Positions 63,518-64,000 of a stretch of 64,000 nt of DNA are shown here, one piece after another. A program made the translations under genes and the position numbers. Location of the stretch: positions 124,001 to 188,000 of the IMG/VR virus record IMGVR_UViG_3300046559_001153. The stretch is one strand, 5' to 3'. Below the pieces are notes generated by a model. That model did no database searches and was not told the DNA's origin. It saw nothing but the letters and a program-made list of their open reading frames with translations. Positions within the stretch are counted from its first letter, which is position 1, and every line of letters starts with the position of its first letter.

Positions 63518-64000
63518 ATGATGACCAAAGTGATTAGCCCGGCCGGCTGGGACTTCGGCACTGCCCTGACCGAGATGGTCAAGGTATCCAGCCGCGGACT
63601 GATTGGCAGTGACCGTAACTCGCTGATCAAGCGAGCCGGTTACGCATTTGCCAACCTGGTCGATCACTCGGATTTGAAGCCCGGAGACGTCCCCATTCAT
63701 CAGATTGCGATGGGGGCCACCGAACGTTATCTGGCCAACCGTAACGGAGATGGATTCAAACGGGCCAACCTGATTCGAACGATCGACACGTTTGTGAAGC
63801 GTGCCCGGTACTACCGCAATCACCAGAACAAGGATCCCCGCAAGTCGTACGGGGTGATTAAGAGAGCGGCTTACCACGACCCGATGGATCGTGTTGAGCT
63901 TTTGATCTTTTTGAATGGGACAAAAGAGGCGGCTGACCGTAATGGTGGCCTGGTAGCCGATCGCGAACTTCAGCAACTCGAAAAGACCGGTGAGCTGGCT
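63518..64000 (+). CDS. Probable prohead/maturation protease, N-terminal part (runs off the window)
   Basis: Hand-translated, open for 161 codons: H.IAMGATERY..NRNGDGF, YRNHQNKDP..SYG.I..AAYH..MDRVELL. Motifs are recalled from large-phage putative prohead proteases; the catalytic Ser is not in the window. Confidence 0.5.
   Translation, partial: MMTKVISPAGWDFGTALTEMVKVSSRGLIGSDRNSLIKRAGYAFANLVDHSDLKPGDVPIHQIAMGATERYLANRNGDGFKRANLIRTIDTFVKRARYYRNHQNKDPRKSYGVIKRAAYHDPMDRVELLIFLNGTKEAADRNGGLVADRELQQLEKTGELA

Noticed and set aside
1-64000. Stop-codon reassignment (alternative genetic code)
   Set aside because: Long conserved genes are intact under code 11, TAG, TGA and TAA all end well-coupled genes, and no suppressor tRNA was seen.
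1-64000. Phage-nucleus markers (chimallin, PhuZ), major capsid, terminase, integrase, transposases
   Set aside because: None was recognisable in this window; they may lie outside it.

Overview
This 64-kb window looks like part of a large, probably jumbo, tailed-phage genome. It is GC-rich, essentially all credible genes lie on the + strand, many are coupled by ATGA/GTGA overlaps, and there are no host housekeeping operons. (1) 1-20.5 kb is an accessory region of small genes: a Cys-repeat protein, a vWA protein, an adenylosuccinate-synthetase-like ligase, Nudix, GNAT, an HldE-type sugar kinase and a Dam-type methylase. It also holds an RNA cluster at 4.27-5.41 kb with tmRNA, tRNA-His, an aberrant tRNA-Thr-like RNA and unexplained structured RNAs. 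(2) 20.8-24.3 kb, 37.4-41.7 kb and 51-64 kb encode Gly/Ala/Pro-rich putative virion proteins with a recurring K-x-A motif, ending in a probable prohead protease cut by the window edge. (3) 25-36 kb is a glycosylation island with 5 glycosyltransferases, a GDP-mannose 3,5-epimerase-like enzyme and 4 methyltransferases, interrupted by a second tRNA-like RNA and a BCS1-like AAA ATPase. (4) The main result is a rearranged multisubunit RNA polymerase. Beta is fused to the N-terminal catalytic half of beta' (41675-46093). The C-terminal half of beta' is fused in one ORF to a LigD-type 3'-phosphoesterase and an ATP-dependent DNA ligase (52732-56883). Neither polypeptide contains any cysteine, and both beta' zinc sites are lost, which suggests a virion-packaged, protease-processed transcription and DNA end-repair module. 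An 18-bp palindrome (TAACTTT-N4-AAAGTTA) precedes six genes across the window. All family assignments are from motif recognition by eye; no database searches were run.
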